Counted from the stretch's first letter, positions 18,444 through 28,783 are shown. The stretch: DNA of 64,000 nucleotides from Candidatus Fermentithermobacillaceae bacterium (GCA_012841375.1 DUUV01000002.1:17828-81827), one strand, 5' to 3'. The notes: generated by a model from the letters alone, not told the origin. Numbers and translations: made by a program.

Positions 18444-18498
18444 GTCTTGATATCCTTGACTTAGGATTCCCGCCGGATTTTGACCCTACGCTTGGCGC

Positions 18499-19386
18499 CT
18501 ACGCCCTCGGGTGGCTTTTCGCGTATACATCCTTCAAGCGGTCTTTCGCGACGTGAGTGTATATCTGGGTTGTAGATATGTCCGCATGGCCCAACATCTC
18601 CTGAACTGCCCTTATGTCCGCGCCGTTCTCCAGAAGGTGCGTGGCGAAAGAGTGCCTGAGGGTGTGGGGAGTGATCTCTTTGCGGATCTGCGCCTGGGTG
18701 GCGTACTTCTTGACGATCTTCCAAAAGCCCTGACGGGTAAGCCGTTTGCCGTGATGGTTCACAAACACGGCCCTTTCCTTTGGATCTGCTACCAGCCTGC
18801 TCCTGGCGCCTTCCAGGTAAGCCCTGAGTGACGACACGGCGATATCGCCCATGGGCACTACCCTTTCTTTGGAGCCTTTGCCCAGGCAGCGAACGAAACC
18901 TTCCTTGAGGTCCACGTCCAGGATGTTGAGGTTCACCAATTCGGAAACGCGGATGCCTGTGGCGTACAAGAGCTCGAGCATGGCCTTGTCGCGCTTCCCT
19001 GCGGGAGTGCTCAAGTCCGGCTGGTTGAGAAGACGCTCGACCTCGTCCACGGTTAGGACTTTCGGCAGCTTCCTCACCAGTTTGGGAGACGAGAGATCAT
19101 CGGTTGGGTCCGAAGTCACATAGTTCTCTTTCACGAGGAACTGATAGAAAGCCTTGAGAGCCGCGAGCCTGCGCGCGATAGTGGCAGTGGCTTTGCCTTG
19201 CTTCCGGAGATACATGAGGTAAGCCACGATGGTTGACTGAGATGCGTTCTCAAGAGAGGCAGTCGAATCGCCGGACAAGAAGCCATAGTATTGCTTAAGG
19301 TCACGGCTGTACGACTCCAGCGTGTTTGTCGCAAGCCCTTTTTCATGCCCCAGGTAGTCTATGAACTCCTGTATCAGGCTTTCCAT
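18499..19386 (-). CDS. xerD: Tyrosine site-specific recombinase XerD
   Basis: MESLIQEFIDYLGHEKGLATNTLESYSRDL...HTLRHSFATHLLENGADIRAVQEMLGHADISTTQIYTHV matches XerD. ATG at 19386 with GGAGG 9 nt upstream. Confidence 0.85.
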   Translation of the reverse strand: MESLIQEFIDYLGHEKGLATNTLESYSRDLKQYYGFLSGDSTASLENASQSTIVAYLMYLRKQGKATATIARRLAALKAFYQFLVKENYVTSDPTDDLSSPKLVRKLPKVLTVDEVERLLNQPDLSTPAGKRDKAMLELLYATGIRVSELVNLNILDVDLKEGFVRCLGKGSKERVVPMGDIAVSSLRAYLEGARSRLVADPKERAVFVNHHGKRLTRQGFWKIVKKYATQAQIRKEITPHTLRHSFATHLLENGADIRAVQEMLGHADISTTQIYTHVAKDRLKDVYAKSHPRA

Positions 19387-19556
19387 TGACACCATCCTCC
19401 CCCCGGTAGATACCCGGACGGCCCATGTCACGGGCCGACCAACGCTCGTCTATCCGCTTTTCTATGTTTCCCTTGAGTGGGGGAAATATCCTACTTGTAG
19501 AAATGCCTTCCTGCAAGAGTCTTATGTCAGGTTGACGGCGATTATGCAACCGGCTG

Positions 19557-19594
19557 TCAATTCAAAGAGGGGCCCTTCGACAGGACCCCTCTCC
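19557..19594 (-). terminator. Candidate intrinsic terminator after ald
   Basis: Minus strand reads AGAGGGGTCCtgtcgaaGGGCCCCTCT followed by TTTGAATT. GC-rich stem with a modest U-tract. Confidence 0.4.
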
Positions 19595-19616
19595 GCTCTG
19601 AAACCAAAACCCTCTC

Positions 19617-20735
19617 CTAGCCAATGACCTCCGAAAGCGGGGTATAGGGCAGATTCAGGTCTCTGGCGACTTCCTGGTATGTGACTTTTCCGGCCGTGAC
19701 GTTTACACCCTTTGAGAGCGGGACGTTGGACTTCACGGCTTCTTTGAAGCCCTTGTTGGCGAGAAGGAGAGCATAAGGCATGGTCGCGTTGGTGAGCGCG
19801 AACGTCGAGGTGCGGGGAACGGCACCCGGGATGTTGGGCACCGAGTAGTGGACCACACCGTGTTTCACAAAAGTCGGGTTCGAGTGGGTGGTCGTATGGT
19901 CCATGGTGGCGATGCATCCTCCCTGGTCAATAGCCACGTCTACCATGACCGAACCCGGCTTCATCTCTGCGACCATCTCCTCGGTCACCAGTTTGGGAGC
20001 CTTGGCGCCGGGGATAAGGACGGAACCTACAACCAGATCGGCCTTCTTTACGGCCTGGGCGATGTTGTAGGGGTTAGATGCGAGCGTCTGGACCTTGGTC
20101 CCGAAGATGTCGTCGAGGTATCTCAGCCTGTCAAGATTGACGTCCACGATGGTCACTTTGGCGCCCAGGCCCACCGCCATCTTGGCCGCGTTTGTACCCA
20201 CAACGCCACCGCCGATGATTACAACCTCGCCGGGAAGGACGCCCGGGACTCCGCCGAGAAGGACGCCGATGCCACCGTGACGCTTCTCAAGGAAGTGGGC
20301 TCCGACCTGAATCGACATGCGCCCGGCGATCTCGCTCATGGGAGTGAGAAGCGGAAGCGCCCTGGACGGAAGCTGTACGGTCTCATATGCGACGGCGTCT
20401 ACCTCTTGCTCAATGAGGGCCTGGGTCAGCGCGGGTTCGGCTGCCAGATGGAGATAAGTGAAAAGCAGGAGGCCTTTCTTCATGAGCGGATACTCGGGCG
20501 GAAGGGGCTCCTTGACCTTCATGATCATGTCTGCCGTCTCCCAAACCTCTCCGGCGGTGGGAAGAATGGTGGCTCCGGCCGCTATGTAATCTGCGTCTTC
20601 AATGCCGCTGCCTGTCCCGGCGCCGATTTCCACTACCACCTGATGCCCCTGGGACACCAGTGCGTAGACCCCGGCGGGCGTCAACGCAACTCGGTTCTCA
20701 TCAGGCTTAATCTCTTTCGGTACTCCGACTCTCAA
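19617..20735 (-). CDS. ald: Alanine dehydrogenase
   Basis: TTG start at 20735 gives [23 protein letters not shown]..., the canonical Ald N-terminus (AGGAGG 9 nt upstream). NAD-binding [10 protein letters not shown]. Confidence 0.9.
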   Translation of the reverse strand: MRVGVPKEIKPDENRVALTPAGVYALVSQGHQVVVEIGAGTGSGIEDADYIAAGATILPTAGEVWETADMIMKVKEPLPPEYPLMKKGLLLFTYLHLAAEPALTQALIEQEVDAVAYETVQLPSRALPLLTPMSEIAGRMSIQVGAHFLEKRHGGIGVLLGGVPGVLPGEVVIIGGGVVGTNAAKMAVGLGAKVTIVDVNLDRLRYLDDIFGTKVQTLASNPYNIAQAVKKADLVVGSVLIPGAKAPKLVTEEMVAEMKPGSVMVDVAIDQGGCIATMDHTTTHSNPTFVKHGVVHYSVPNIPGAVPRTSTFALTNATMPYALLLANKGFKEAVKSNVPLSKGVNVTAGKVTYQEVARDLNLPYTPLSEVIG

Positions 20736-20883
20736 ACCACTCAACCTCCTTGACATTGAAAAAAGCAATGTTAAAATGCCCAGATATCCAATTCCACATC
20801 GACCCTGAAGATCCTTCAGTAGAGCTCTCTAGCCGGGCAAATTGCGCCTTTACGAATAACTGCCAAGAGGCTTTAGACCCGGC

Positions 20884-21477
20884 CTACAATCCGGTGGAGC
20901 GTGACAGGAGGAGAGGCGATACAAACGCTTCGACGGCCGACGCCAGAAAGAGCCCGGCGGCGACCATTAGGAATCGCCAGGTATAAGTGGCGACCATCTT
21001 CCACAAGCCGCCGTAGTTCCATGGCCGCTCCCTAAGCAGGGCCACCGAGAACGAGATAGACATGGCCGACAGCGAGAGGAGCGCGGGGATCGCGATCAGG
21101 TTGTGGGGCACCATCCCAGAGAGAAACATGGTGAGGCCGCCGGACGTGACCTCGCGCAACAAGAACATGGCTCCAAACCCTGCGGCAAATCCACGCACAA
21201 ATATGAGGACGCACGTGAGCGGCGCTCCGATGACGGCCAGGCCGAATGCCCATATGAAGAGCGCGGTCCGGGCGTTTTGCTCCAGGGATAACCGGAAGAT
21301 CGCCTTTGGGTCAAGCCCCGGGTTGTGGACGCCTCGCATGAAGACTTCGAGATAGGCCACGAGTTCGGCCTTTTCGTCGGGCGAAAGCACGCGGAGTCCT
21401 AAGATGCCCATGACCAGCCCGGAAGCGAACAGCGCCAGCGTCAGGAGCAAAGGAGAGAACTTGAGGGTTCTACGCAT
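20884..21477 (-). CDS. spoIIM: Stage II sporulation protein M
   Basis: 197-aa polytopic membrane protein with SpoIIM-like (DUF95) topology and sequence. Confidence 0.7.
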   Translation of the reverse strand: MRRTLKFSPLLLTLALFASGLVMGILGLRVLSPDEKAELVAYLEVFMRGVHNPGLDPKAIFRLSLEQNARTALFIWAFGLAVIGAPLTCVLIFVRGFAAGFGAMFLLREVTSGGLTMFLSGMVPHNLIAIPALLSLSAMSISFSVALLRERPWNYGGLWKMVATYTWRFLMVAAGLFLASAVEAFVSPLLLSRSTGL

Positions 21478-21543
21478 CGCAAAAGCCTCCGCATCGTCTT
21501 GCCATATGCAACACTATGAGGAAGCTCGGCCGAGTTATTACTC

Positions 21544-22398
21544 CTAAGACCTATCCCCCGGTTCGGTCTCCGGCTTAGGGGGACCCGGCCTATCCGGCGG
21601 GGCGCCGTCGTCCGTCTTGTCAAAAGGCTTGAGATCGGGCAGTTCCATCTGTCCGGGCCGGTCCTCCGGGGGTGCGGCTACTGGCACCACTCTCTTCGAG
21701 TCGCCGTCCGCGCTCTCCATGGCGCCTGAGGAAATGGGTCTCGGGGGGAGGACTTCCAGACGCCGGTTCATGGCATCGAGGGTAGCTCTCACGCACGCTT
21801 CTCGTATGTCCCTCTTCACCAAAGCGCAGCCAACCAACTGCTCGTGGTTTCTCCGGGGGGTCAGGAGGTCAACGAGAACCGCCACGGCGCTCCTCTCTCC
21901 TATGGTCAGAGTCGTAACGTCGTCGACGAAAAACGCGTTTGGGGGCGTCAGGGTCAGATTTGCCGCGAGGCAAGTTGCCCTGGCCACCCCCAACAGCATC
22001 GCCACTTCAGATGAATCGGTGACGGCTCTACCAACGTAGACCGCGGTCTGTTTCTCAATGGCGCGGTCAAGCGTCACCGCTATCTCCGACTTGCCCGTCC
22101 TCGCGTTCGTCTTCACCTCTATGCCGACGTAACGAATACGCCCGGGCTGAGCGGGAAGGCTCGTCTGGACTTGCGCGACCGACACCTTTCTCCGGTCAAC
22201 AGTAATGTCCCATTGCGCCTTCAACGCGCTCTGGACGTCTCTCACAATCTGCTTGGGGTTTCTGCCCAGTCCGGTGAGGATGTGGATCTCCTCGATGGCC
22301 CCCCAGTCATTCACAACTACCCGTGCCTTCTGAATACCCGGAAGACAAACCAGGAGAGACTCAATATCCCTCACACTCACCGTTTTTTTCTCGCTCAC
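21544..22398 (-). CDS. Hypothetical protein with three tandem divergent ~75-aa modules and a Pro/acidic C-terminal tail
   Basis: ORF with internal repeats (VSVRDIESLLVCLPGIQKARVV… / RIRYVGIEVKTNARTGKSEIAV… / AFFVDDVTTLTIGERSAVAVLV…). No confident family. Lies between korC and spoIIM. Confidence 0.5.
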   Translation of the reverse strand: MSEKKTVSVRDIESLLVCLPGIQKARVVVNDWGAIEEIHILTGLGRNPKQIVRDVQSALKAQWDITVDRRKVSVAQVQTSLPAQPGRIRYVGIEVKTNARTGKSEIAVTLDRAIEKQTAVYVGRAVTDSSEVAMLLGVARATCLAANLTLTPPNAFFVDDVTTLTIGERSAVAVLVDLLTPRRNHEQLVGCALVKRDIREACVRATLDAMNRRLEVLPPRPISSGAMESADGDSKRVVPVAAPPEDRPGQMELPDLKPFDKTDDGAPPDRPGPPKPETEPGDRS

Positions 22399-22430
22399 TA
22401 AGGCTCACCCCAACGGGGATGCCATACGAT

Positions 22431-22988
22431 TCAGGAGCCCTCAGCCATCTTAGCCTTGACGAGCCGGTAGCCTCTCCAAAGCGCCTCTTCGTTGAGCGGG
22501 AGAAGGCTATGGTGCCTCTGGCTTATCACCTTGGGAAGCACCTCTATAACCGTTTCAACCTTGACGATCTCTCGGGCTCCCAGGAGGGCCCCGAGGCAGA
22601 CCATATTGGCGATGCGGTCGGAACCCAGCTCTCTCGCTTCATCATTGGCCGGAATCCTGTAGACTTCGACGTCCCCTCTAATATCTTCGTCTGGAATCAA
22701 CGACGCGTTAACAATCAAAACTCCGCCCGGTTGCACCGCGTTCTTGAACTTGTCGAAGGACGGCCTGTTCATTACTATCGCCGCCGTAGGCTCGACGACC
22801 ACGGGAGAAGCTATCGCGTCTTCAGATACACACACCGCGCAGTTGGCGGTACCTCCACGCATTTCGGGTCCGTAAGAAGGCAGCCAAGATACTGCCTTGC
22901 CTTCTTCCTTGCCGGCGTAGGTCAGGAGAGTCCCTATGAGCATGATACCCTGACCGCCGAAACCTGCCATAATGATCTCGTGGCCCAT
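22431..22988 (-). CDS. vorC: 2-oxoacid:ferredoxin oxidoreductase gamma subunit (VOR/KOR type)
   Basis: MAGFGGQGIMLIGTLL... matches the gamma subunit. Last gene of the delta-alpha-beta-gamma order. Confidence 0.85.
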   Translation of the reverse strand: MGHEIIMAGFGGQGIMLIGTLLTYAGKEEGKAVSWLPSYGPEMRGGTANCAVCVSEDAIASPVVVEPTAAIVMNRPSFDKFKNAVQPGGVLIVNASLIPDEDIRGDVEVYRIPANDEARELGSDRIANMVCLGALLGAREIVKVETVIEVLPKVISQRHHSLLPLNEEALWRGYRLVKAKMAEGS

Positions 22989-22990
22989 GC

Positions 22991-23734
22991 TTACTCTCCC
23001 TCCCCTGTCTTGAACTCACCCAGCGGGTACTCAGGAAGCATATTCTCTTCGAGCCACTTGAGCGCGTTCTGTGGAGTCATACCCCAGTTCGTTGAGCAGG
23101 TTGAGAGTAGTTCGACCAACGAGAACCCTTTCCCTTCGATCTGGTTCTGGAAGGCCTTCTTGATACCCTGCTTGGCTCTCTGGATGTTGGCAGGATTGTG
23201 CAACGAGAACCTGGCCACGTAGTGTGCGCCCTTCACGGTCGCCAGGAGCTCGGACACCTTGACCGGGTATCCCTGGGTCTTTGGATCCCTACCAAAGGGC
23301 GAAGTTGTTGTCTTCTGCCCGACCAGGGTTGTCGGCGCCATCTGTCCGCCGGTCATGCCGTAGATTGCGTTGTTGATGAACACCACGGTGATGTTTTCAC
23401 CGCGGACGGCCGCGTGCACGATCTCGGCCATACCGATGGAGGCCAAGTCGCCGTCGCCCTGGTAGGTGAACACGATGGAGTCCGGAGTGACTCTCTTGAT
23501 TCCCGTGGCCACTGCCGGAGCCCTTCCGTGAGCCGCCTGCTGGAAATCCACGTCGAAGTAATTGTAGGCGAAAACCGAGCAACCTACGGAAGCCACTCCG
23601 ACGGTCTTCCCTTGTATGCCCAACTCATCGATAGTCTCTGCCACGAGACGGTGGGCGATGCCGTGAGGGCATCCGGGGCAGTAGTGAGTGACGACATTGG
23701 TCAGGGATTTGGGGCGCGTGTAGACTGGGATCAC
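22991..23734 (-). CDS. vorB: 2-oxoacid:ferredoxin oxidoreductase beta subunit (TPP-binding)
   Basis: CPGCPHG, then ...QGDGDLASIGMAEIVHAAVRGENITVVFINNAIYGMTGGQ... (TPP / [4Fe-4S] motifs). Confidence 0.9.
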   Translation of the reverse strand: MIPVYTRPKSLTNVVTHYCPGCPHGIAHRLVAETIDELGIQGKTVGVASVGCSVFAYNYFDVDFQQAAHGRAPAVATGIKRVTPDSIVFTYQGDGDLASIGMAEIVHAAVRGENITVVFINNAIYGMTGGQMAPTTLVGQKTTTSPFGRDPKTQGYPVKVSELLATVKGAHYVARFSLHNPANIQRAKQGIKKAFQNQIEGKGFSLVELLSTCSTNWGMTPQNALKWLEENMLPEYPLGEFKTGEGE

Positions 23735-24840
23735 GATTTCCCACCTCCTACTCTGTCGAAGTAGTCGCTCTGGCTCGGGACTCTTCCTTCAATAACGTCC
23801 CGGAGGCGTCGCTCGACCGACCTGGGCGTGGGAACGGCGCCGCCTGTCCTTCCGTAGAAGTAGACCGGCTTCCGCCCGTTGACCGCGAGCCGTACATCTT
23901 CCACCATCTGACCTGTAGACATCTCTACCGTAAGGAACCCCTTGGCCTGACCGACCACCTTCTCGAAAGCCTCGTCGGGGAACGGCCACAGGCTGATGGG
24001 CCTCACCAAACCAACCTTCACTCCGTCCTTGCGGAGTCTCTGGATTACCGACATACAGATCCTGGCGACGGTACCGTAGGCAACGAAGAACCACTCGGCA
24101 TCATCGCCGTGGACTATCTCGTACCGTACCTCGTTCTCCCGAACCTTCCTGTACTTCTCTTCCAGCTTCCAGTTGTGGGTGTCCAGCTCTTCCGGGTCGA
24201 GATAGATCGAGTTGATGAGGTTCGCCTTCCTGCCCTCGTTGCCCGTGGTGGCCCACGGCTTGGCGGGAAGGCCGGCAACGTCCACGACCTCCGGGAAGAC
24301 TACCGGCTCCATCATTTGGCCGATCATCCCGTCGCCCAAGATCATGACGGGGTTCCGGTACTTGTCGGCCACATCAAAGGCGGTAGCCATAAGGTCGCAA
24401 CCTTCCTGAATGGTCGCCGGGGCGAATACTATTATGCGGTAGTCGCCGTGCCCGCCGCCCTTGGTGGACTGGAAGTAGTCTGACTGGGACGGCTGGATGC
24501 CGCCCAAACCGGGACCTCCGCGGGACATATTCACTATGACGCAGGGGAGTTCGGCCCCGGCGATATACGAAATGGCCTCCTGCATGAGACTGATTCCGGG
24601 GCTCGATGACGAGATGAGGACTCTTCCGCCGGCACCGGCGGCTCCGTAGACCATGTTTATGGAAGAAACCTCGCTCTCGGCCTGCACGAAGACGCCCCCG
24701 TGCTCGCCGATCCTTCTCGCCATGTACTCAGAGATCTCATTTTGCGGCGTAATCGGATATCCGAAGTAGAACCTGCAACCGGCGCGAATGGCCGCCTCGG
24801 CCAACGCCTCGTTGCCTTTCATGAGCATGGATTCGCTCAC
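23731..24840 (-). CDS. vorA: 2-oxoacid:ferredoxin oxidoreductase alpha subunit
   Basis: MKGNEALAEAAIRAGCRFYFGYPITPQNEI... matches the alpha-subunit N-terminus. Confidence 0.9.
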   Translation of the reverse strand: MSESMLMKGNEALAEAAIRAGCRFYFGYPITPQNEISEYMARRIGEHGGVFVQAESEVSSINMVYGAAGAGGRVLISSSSPGISLMQEAISYIAGAELPCVIVNMSRGGPGLGGIQPSQSDYFQSTKGGGHGDYRIIVFAPATIQEGCDLMATAFDVADKYRNPVMILGDGMIGQMMEPVVFPEVVDVAGLPAKPWATTGNEGRKANLINSIYLDPEELDTHNWKLEEKYRKVRENEVRYEIVHGDDAEWFFVAYGTVARICMSVIQRLRKDGVKVGLVRPISLWPFPDEAFEKVVGQAKGFLTVEMSTGQMVEDVRLAVNGRKPVYFYGRTGGAVPTPRSVERRLRDVIEGRVPSQSDYFDRVGGGKS

Positions 24841-24855
24841 TTACCTCCACCTCCT

Positions 24856-25074
24856 CTATTGCGGTCTTCTTACCTCTATGACGGCATCAGGACACATCCT
24901 GGCGCACAAGGCGCAAGAGATGCACTTATCCTGGTCTTCATCGCTGACGAAGGCCGGATGATAGCCCTGGCGGTTTAGCTCGGTCCTGAGTTTGATTATC
25001 TTCTTTGGACAAATACCGACACAGAGCTCGCAGCTCTTGCAGTGGTCCTCGTTGAAAACGACTCTCTTCTCCAT
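24856..25074 (-). CDS. vorD: 2-oxoacid:ferredoxin oxidoreductase delta subunit (2x[4Fe-4S] ferredoxin)
   Basis: CKSCELCVGICP and CISCALCARMCP motifs. ATG at 25074. Confidence 0.8.
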   Translation of the reverse strand: MEKRVVFNEDHCKSCELCVGICPKKIIKLRTELNRQGYHPAFVSDEDQDKCISCALCARMCPDAVIEVRRPQ

Positions 25075-25097
25075 ACGTCTCCCTCCCATCCGCCGGA

Positions 25098-25778
25098 TCA
25101 TTCTGTGGTTTCCCAAGGCTTGAGCAGGTGACGCTCAAGGTACAGCGGGGGGACCCCGCCAAGGACCTTTGCCAGCCCTTCGTCTCGCGATTTGAGCCAA
25201 TCCGGGACTCCCACCATGACCACCGGGAGACCCAGGCAGAGGCCAAGAGACCCGGTGAATTCCAGGCCCTTCGCGATATGCTCGATTCGGGTCGACTCAC
25301 CGAGGTGCGTGTTTGACACCAGCCCTCCAGGAGGAAGTCCGGCCGACGATGTAACCCCTCGCACTGCTTCTTGAGCTTCGTCCAGAGTCCTGGAGAACGG
25401 CCTCATCGCGTTCACCACAAACAGCCCTCGGGCGTCGGGCCTCAGCGCGTCTTTCAGTCCACCCAAAACCCTGGCACCTGTCGGGTCGCCGCCTACATCG
25501 ACGACAACATCTCCTTCACCCTGCAAGAGGACTGTGCGAATGCCCTCCGGCAGCACCGGAAGGTCGGCATGGCGGATAGAATCCTTGGGCGACACAACGT
25601 TGACACCCGCCGCCAAGAGCCGCTCTCTAACGTCTCTCACTCTGAAGTAGGGCGTTACGGCGTCGAGATCGACAATGGTGACGGCCCGTCCTTTCTCGGC
25701 CAAACGGAGGGCGTAGTTGATGGATACCTCTGACTTGCCGCTTCCGTACAGGCCGTAGAACACAGTCACTTCAGACAA
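25098..25778 (-). CDS. P-loop NTPase of unknown function (Walker A GLYGSGKSE)
   Basis: Likely TTG start at 25778 (AGAAGGGG RBS 8 nt upstream), overlapping the upstream buk-like gene by 8 nt. Walker A near the N-terminus. Confidence 0.5.
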   Translation of the reverse strand: MSEVTVFYGLYGSGKSEVSINYALRLAEKGRAVTIVDLDAVTPYFRVRDVRERLLAAGVNVVSPKDSIRHADLPVLPEGIRTVLLQGEGDVVVDVGGDPTGARVLGGLKDALRPDARGLFVVNAMRPFSRTLDEAQEAVRGVTSSAGLPPGGLVSNTHLGESTRIEHIAKGLEFTGSLGLCLGLPVVMVGVPDWLKSRDEGLAKVLGGVPPLYLERHLLKPWETTE

Positions 25779-26805
25779 CGTCAGGACCCCTTCTCTCTGA
25801 ATGTGATAGCAGGCTCTCGGCAGTAAGGGCCGCCGACCCTTCCCGGGCCAGCACCCGCATGCAATCGTCTTGCGCGACGCAAGCGACCCTGCACCACTTG
25901 GCCACTCTCTCCTCAATGCCCGATAGAAGCAGATCCAGTGAAGCCCCCGGACCCGTAAGCACGATGACCTCGGCGCGTCCTTTGAGCGCGGCCATCGCCC
26001 GGCCGATCTCCTTGGAGACCTGGTAGGCCATGGCTCTTACGGCCCGTGTGGCTTGGAGGCTCTCGCGGGCAAGCTCCCGCCGGAGTTCAGTCATGGAAGT
26101 CACTCCGGCATAGGCGAAAACACCCGATCGCCGCTTCAGACTCTCCCGTATCTCGTCGCCGGAACCGGATCCCCTCCCGGTCTCATCGAGCCAGTCGATG
26201 AACGCGGTGGCAGGTAGAGTCCCCGCGCCGGTCATTCCGAAGGGACCTTCGCAGGCTATGGGGTCTCCTGTAGCCATCGCGCGCGACCCGTGGTGGGACG
26301 CTACCGAAACCTCATCGCCCAGATATGCCGAAATCCCCCGGGCGACTTCCGGGTCGAGTCCGAGGGACGCGCATGCTGAAACAAAAGCCGGTCGCTCAGG
26401 AAAAGCGTAGTAGATGCCGCGCCTCTCCACCATGGTACTTCCTGTGAACCTTGCCTCCTCAGGAAGCACGACGGAGGACATGGGATCCACTGCCACGCCC
26501 GGAATTCCGTGTCGCCGGCAATACTCGAAAGCGCGGACTGTCATCCGATTCCTGGGATGCCAACCGGCAAGTCTCGCGGCATCTTCTGCCATGCGCTCAT
26601 CAATCGGGTAGGTCCCCGGTGAGCACGGCGCGTAGTAACCACCGGCTATGACAATGCCCGACGGGCAAGCTCCGTACCGTCCCTCGAACCACCCGAAGGG
26701 GTCCACCGAAGGGCGAAGCGTGTGAAGCTCCGCTTCGCCGCCCGGAGCGAGGACCGCGACCCGGACTTCTGAGAAGCCCGGGTCTATGGCCAAGACCTCT
26801 GTCAT
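25771..26805 (-). CDS. ASKHA-superfamily kinase, divergent butyrate-kinase paralog
   Basis: MTEVLAIDPGFSEVRVAVL... and C-terminal ...EVIVLTGPGASLDLLLSGIEERV... align with Buk motifs (LVVNPGSTSTK... / ...VVLTGGLANSADFVAMVRE...) but are degenerate. Confidence 0.6.
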   Translation of the reverse strand: MTEVLAIDPGFSEVRVAVLAPGGEAELHTLRPSVDPFGWFEGRYGACPSGIVIAGGYYAPCSPGTYPIDERMAEDAARLAGWHPRNRMTVRAFEYCRRHGIPGVAVDPMSSVVLPEEARFTGSTMVERRGIYYAFPERPAFVSACASLGLDPEVARGISAYLGDEVSVASHHGSRAMATGDPIACEGPFGMTGAGTLPATAFIDWLDETGRGSGSGDEIRESLKRRSGVFAYAGVTSMTELRRELARESLQATRAVRAMAYQVSKEIGRAMAALKGRAEVIVLTGPGASLDLLLSGIEERVAKWCRVACVAQDDCMRVLAREGSAALTAESLLSHSERRGPDVV

Positions 26806-27866
26806 TTCGGAAGGTACATCCCTTTTTGGGCGAGGGCTTTGGCGATTCGTTCTTCGGCGACCATGTCGGCCGCTTCATGGGTTCCAACGCCCTTCTCCTC
26901 GGCAGTCTTGAATACCTTGAGGGCGGTATTGTATATGCCCTCGACTTTCTTGAGAGCGCGTTCACGGTTGTAGCCGCCGACATTAACCTCATCGGCAACG
27001 TTGATTACGCCTCCACCGTTGGCGATGAAGTCGGGAACATAGAGAATCCCCTTGTCTGCCAGGACCTTTCCATGCCTGGGCTCTAGGAGCTGGTTGTTGG
27101 CCGAACCGCACACGATGGAAGCTTTGAGTCTCGGCACAGTCTCATCGTTGATCACCGCACCCAGGGCGCAAGGCGCGAAAATGTCGCACTCCTGGTCGAA
27201 TACCTCGTCCACCGGTACCGAGACCGCGCCGATCTTTACGGCCTCCTGAACCTTGTCCGGGAAGATATCCGACACGAAGACCTTGGCACCGGCGTCAATC
27301 AGCCGCTTGACCAGGGCGAGCCCTACCGCGCCAACGCCCTGCACCGTGACAGTCTTTCCCGAAAGGTCGTCGCTTCCGAAGATCTTAAAGACCGCGGCCT
27401 GCATGGCTTTGAAAACCCCGTACGCAGTCACAGGAGAGGGGTCGCCGCTGGTGTCCGCCAGACCCTTGACGTGGGGCGTCTCGGTCCTGATGATGGCCAT
27501 ATCATCTGTGGTCGTGCCCACGTCTTCAGCAGTGATGTACCTTCCGCCCAGGGAGTGTACGAACCGGCCGAAAGCCCTGAACATCTCCTCGCTCTTGTCG
27601 GTCCTGGGATCGCCGATTATGACGGCCTTTCCTCCACCTATGTTGAGTCCCATGGCCGAGTTCTTGTAGGTCATACCTCGGGAAAGCCTCAGGACGTCAA
27701 ACAAGGCCTCCTCCTCGGTCTTGTACGGCCACATCCTGGTGCCGCCCAGCGCGGGGCCCAAGGTGGTGTCGTGAATACCGATTATCGCCTTGAGTCCCGA
27801 AGTCTTGTCATAGCAGAAAACTACCTGCTCATGCCCGTACTCTGCCATGCTCTCCAGTACTTTCAC
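26802..27866 (-). CDS. ldh: Leucine dehydrogenase (Glu/Leu/Phe/Val dehydrogenase family), copy 1
   Basis: MKVLESMAEYGHEQVVFCYDKTSGLKAIIGIHDTTLGPALGGTRMWPY... matches B. subtilis Bcd. Confidence 0.85.
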   Translation of the reverse strand: MKVLESMAEYGHEQVVFCYDKTSGLKAIIGIHDTTLGPALGGTRMWPYKTEEEALFDVLRLSRGMTYKNSAMGLNIGGGKAVIIGDPRTDKSEEMFRAFGRFVHSLGGRYITAEDVGTTTDDMAIIRTETPHVKGLADTSGDPSPVTAYGVFKAMQAAVFKIFGSDDLSGKTVTVQGVGAVGLALVKRLIDAGAKVFVSDIFPDKVQEAVKIGAVSVPVDEVFDQECDIFAPCALGAVINDETVPRLKASIVCGSANNQLLEPRHGKVLADKGILYVPDFIANGGGVINVADEVNVGGYNRERALKKVEGIYNTALKVFKTAEEKGVGTHEAADMVAEERIAKALAQKGMYLPK

Positions 27867-27883
27867 AGTTCTCTTCCTCCTCC

Positions 27884-28783
27884 TCAGATTAAGGCTCTGG
27901 CCATCGCGATGGAATTGAGTTTCACCTGGGCCGTATCAGCCCTGGATATGACAACCACCGGCGCGGCAGCCCCGACTATAACTCCGCCCATGACAGCGCG
28001 GGCGAAGTACTGCATGCTCTTGGCGATGCTGTTGCCTGAGACAACATCCGGCGCCACAAGCACGTCGGCCCGTCCCGGAACCTGTCCGGTCATGCCCTTT
28101 ATGCTTGCGGCCTCGGGCGATACCGCGGCGTCCAGTGCCATTGGCCCTTCCACGAACGCTCCGGGGAAGCGGCCCTCTCTCGACATCCGGGCAAGCTCCA
28201 CCGCATGCACGCTGGCTTCGGAATCAGGATTGGGCACCTCAGAAGGCGCCAGCACCGCCACTCTGGGCGTCTCCACTCCCATGAGCCGGGCCACATCGAT
28301 GGCGTTGGACACAATCTCCGCCTTCTTTGGAAGGTCCGGGCGCAATACGACACCGCCGTCGGTCACGAAGATGAAGCGGTCATAGCCCGGCACTTCCAGA
28401 CATGCAACGTGGCTCAATATCCGCCCGGTCCTCAGGCCTTCTTCCCTATCCAAGACCGCCTTCATGAGGCTCCCGGTCCCGATCTTGCCTTTCATCAGGA
28501 TCCGGCACGTACCCTCACGGACAAGGCGTGTTCCTGCTCTCGCGGACTCCAGGGGGCCCTGGGCTTCCACAATGACGGGATTCTGAAGCCGCGCGCCCGA
28601 GGACTCTATCGCCCTTTCTATCTTGTCAGGATCGCCCATCAAGAACGGCAGCGCGAACCCCTCAGATTCGGCTTCGGCCAGGGCCAGCAGGGCTTCTTCG
28701 TCGAAAGCCTCAACAAGGCTGATGCCGACGCTCCCCATTCTCTTTACTCTCTCGCGGAAACCGTAGAACAGGTGGCTCATCAA
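27884..28783 (-). CDS. ptb: Phosphate butyryl/branched-chain acyltransferase
   Basis: Pta/Ptb family (…LPFLMGDPDKIE…, …ISRADTAQVKLNSIA…). Overlaps buk. Confidence 0.85.
   Translation of the reverse strand: MMSHLFYGFRERVKRMGSVGISLVEAFDEEALLALAEAESEGFALPFLMGDPDKIERAIESSGARLQNPVIVEAQGPLESARAGTRLVREGTCRILMKGKIGTGSLMKAVLDREEGLRTGRILSHVACLEVPGYDRFIFVTDGGVVLRPDLPKKAEIVSNAIDVARLMGVETPRVAVLAPSEVPNPDSEASVHAVELARMSREGRFPGAFVEGPMALDAAVSPEAASIKGMTGQVPGRADVLVAPDVVSGNSIAKSMQYFARAVMGGVIVGAAAPVVVISRADTAQVKLNSIAMARALI

Noticed and set aside
18499-19386. Integrase-marked mobile element / prophage boundary
   Set aside because: The recombinase is a clear XerD orthologue (chromosome dimer resolution) in conserved chromosomal context next to dacF/ald. 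There is no flanking tRNA, att repeats or phage genes.
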